Below are positions 57,251 to 57,622 of a stretch of 57,622 nt of DNA, in pieces. Position 1 is the stretch's first letter, and every line of letters starts with the position of its first letter. This DNA comes from an uncultured archaeon (GTDB lineage: Archaea; Asgardarchaeota; Thorarchaeia; Thorarchaeales; Thorarchaeaceae), in NCBI GenBank assembly GCA_964610875.1, contig CAZSWP010000026.1:1-57622 (forward strand), read 5' to 3'. The translations under genes were made by a program, and so were the position numbers. Below the pieces are notes generated by a model. The model worked only from the letters and a program-made list of their open reading frames with translations. It had not been told where the DNA came from and made no database searches.

Positions 57251-57622
57251 AAGGTTAAACCTCCCTATGAAATATTAGTAAAAGACCTTAATAAATTATT
57301 TGTGCTTTTCTACCATCATTGGAAGTTGAGGGATTTCAAGATAATTAATCGCATGTGTCTTCATCCAGAAGTGAACATAACAGATTCTCGATAAGTTATT
57401 CATCAAAATCAACATAGCTTATCTTCAACAAGAGGTCCTGCATTGTGGTTCTAAATAGTTTGTTCATTATTGTATGTTGTACCTCACAGTCAGCAATGAG
57501 GAAACCATCCATTACCAATGTACTAAACTCACCAGCAAGGAATCATAGAAAATCACAGGAAAAGGAAATGGAGCCGGCCTTGGGATTTGCACCCAAGTGG
57601 TACAGATTTGCAGTCTGTTGCG

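Noticed and set aside
57300-57622. Possible minus-strand gene end at the right edge
   Set aside because: One frame is open for about 75 codons and the others have multiple stops, with no recognisable motif. Cannot distinguish a gene tail from a decayed pseudogene.

Overview
57.6 kb of AT-rich, gene-dense archaeal chromosome. It is most consistent with an Asgard archaeon, probably Thorarchaeota-like. That is an inference from the longin/small-GTPase proteins, the P-x-I-x-x-P-x-D Ig-like surface repeats, Sec11-type signal peptidase and TATA plus GGAGG/GGTGA signals. Housekeeping and metabolic genes include aspA, ggt, kbl, ppa, nadA, an NAD kinase-wHTH fusion, transporters and LemA/TPM. No rRNA, tRNA, CRISPR array, integrase or transposase was recognised. 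Main items of interest: (1) two adjacent, collinear paralogues with longin-GTPase-longin-2xwHTH architecture, one with an intact Arf-like G domain and one with a decayed pseudo-GTPase, whose C-termini resemble NPRL2/NPRL3 of GATOR1; (2) a coupled operon of small GTPase, Zn-binding/longin-like protein and SAM methyltransferase, with a palindromic operator candidate; (3) a 7TM-longin fusion; (4) a 12.3 kb B-A-B-A duplicated operon of large membrane-anchored surface proteins sharing a P-x-D/TM/basic C-terminal signal; (5) an Alw26I/Eco31I-type m6A plus circularly permuted m5C methyltransferase pair with no endonuclease in the window; (6) a tubby/LURP/scramblase-like protein; (7) three structured non-coding elements; (8) three pseudogenes or gene scars. 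All family calls come from motif recognition by eye; no database searches were run.
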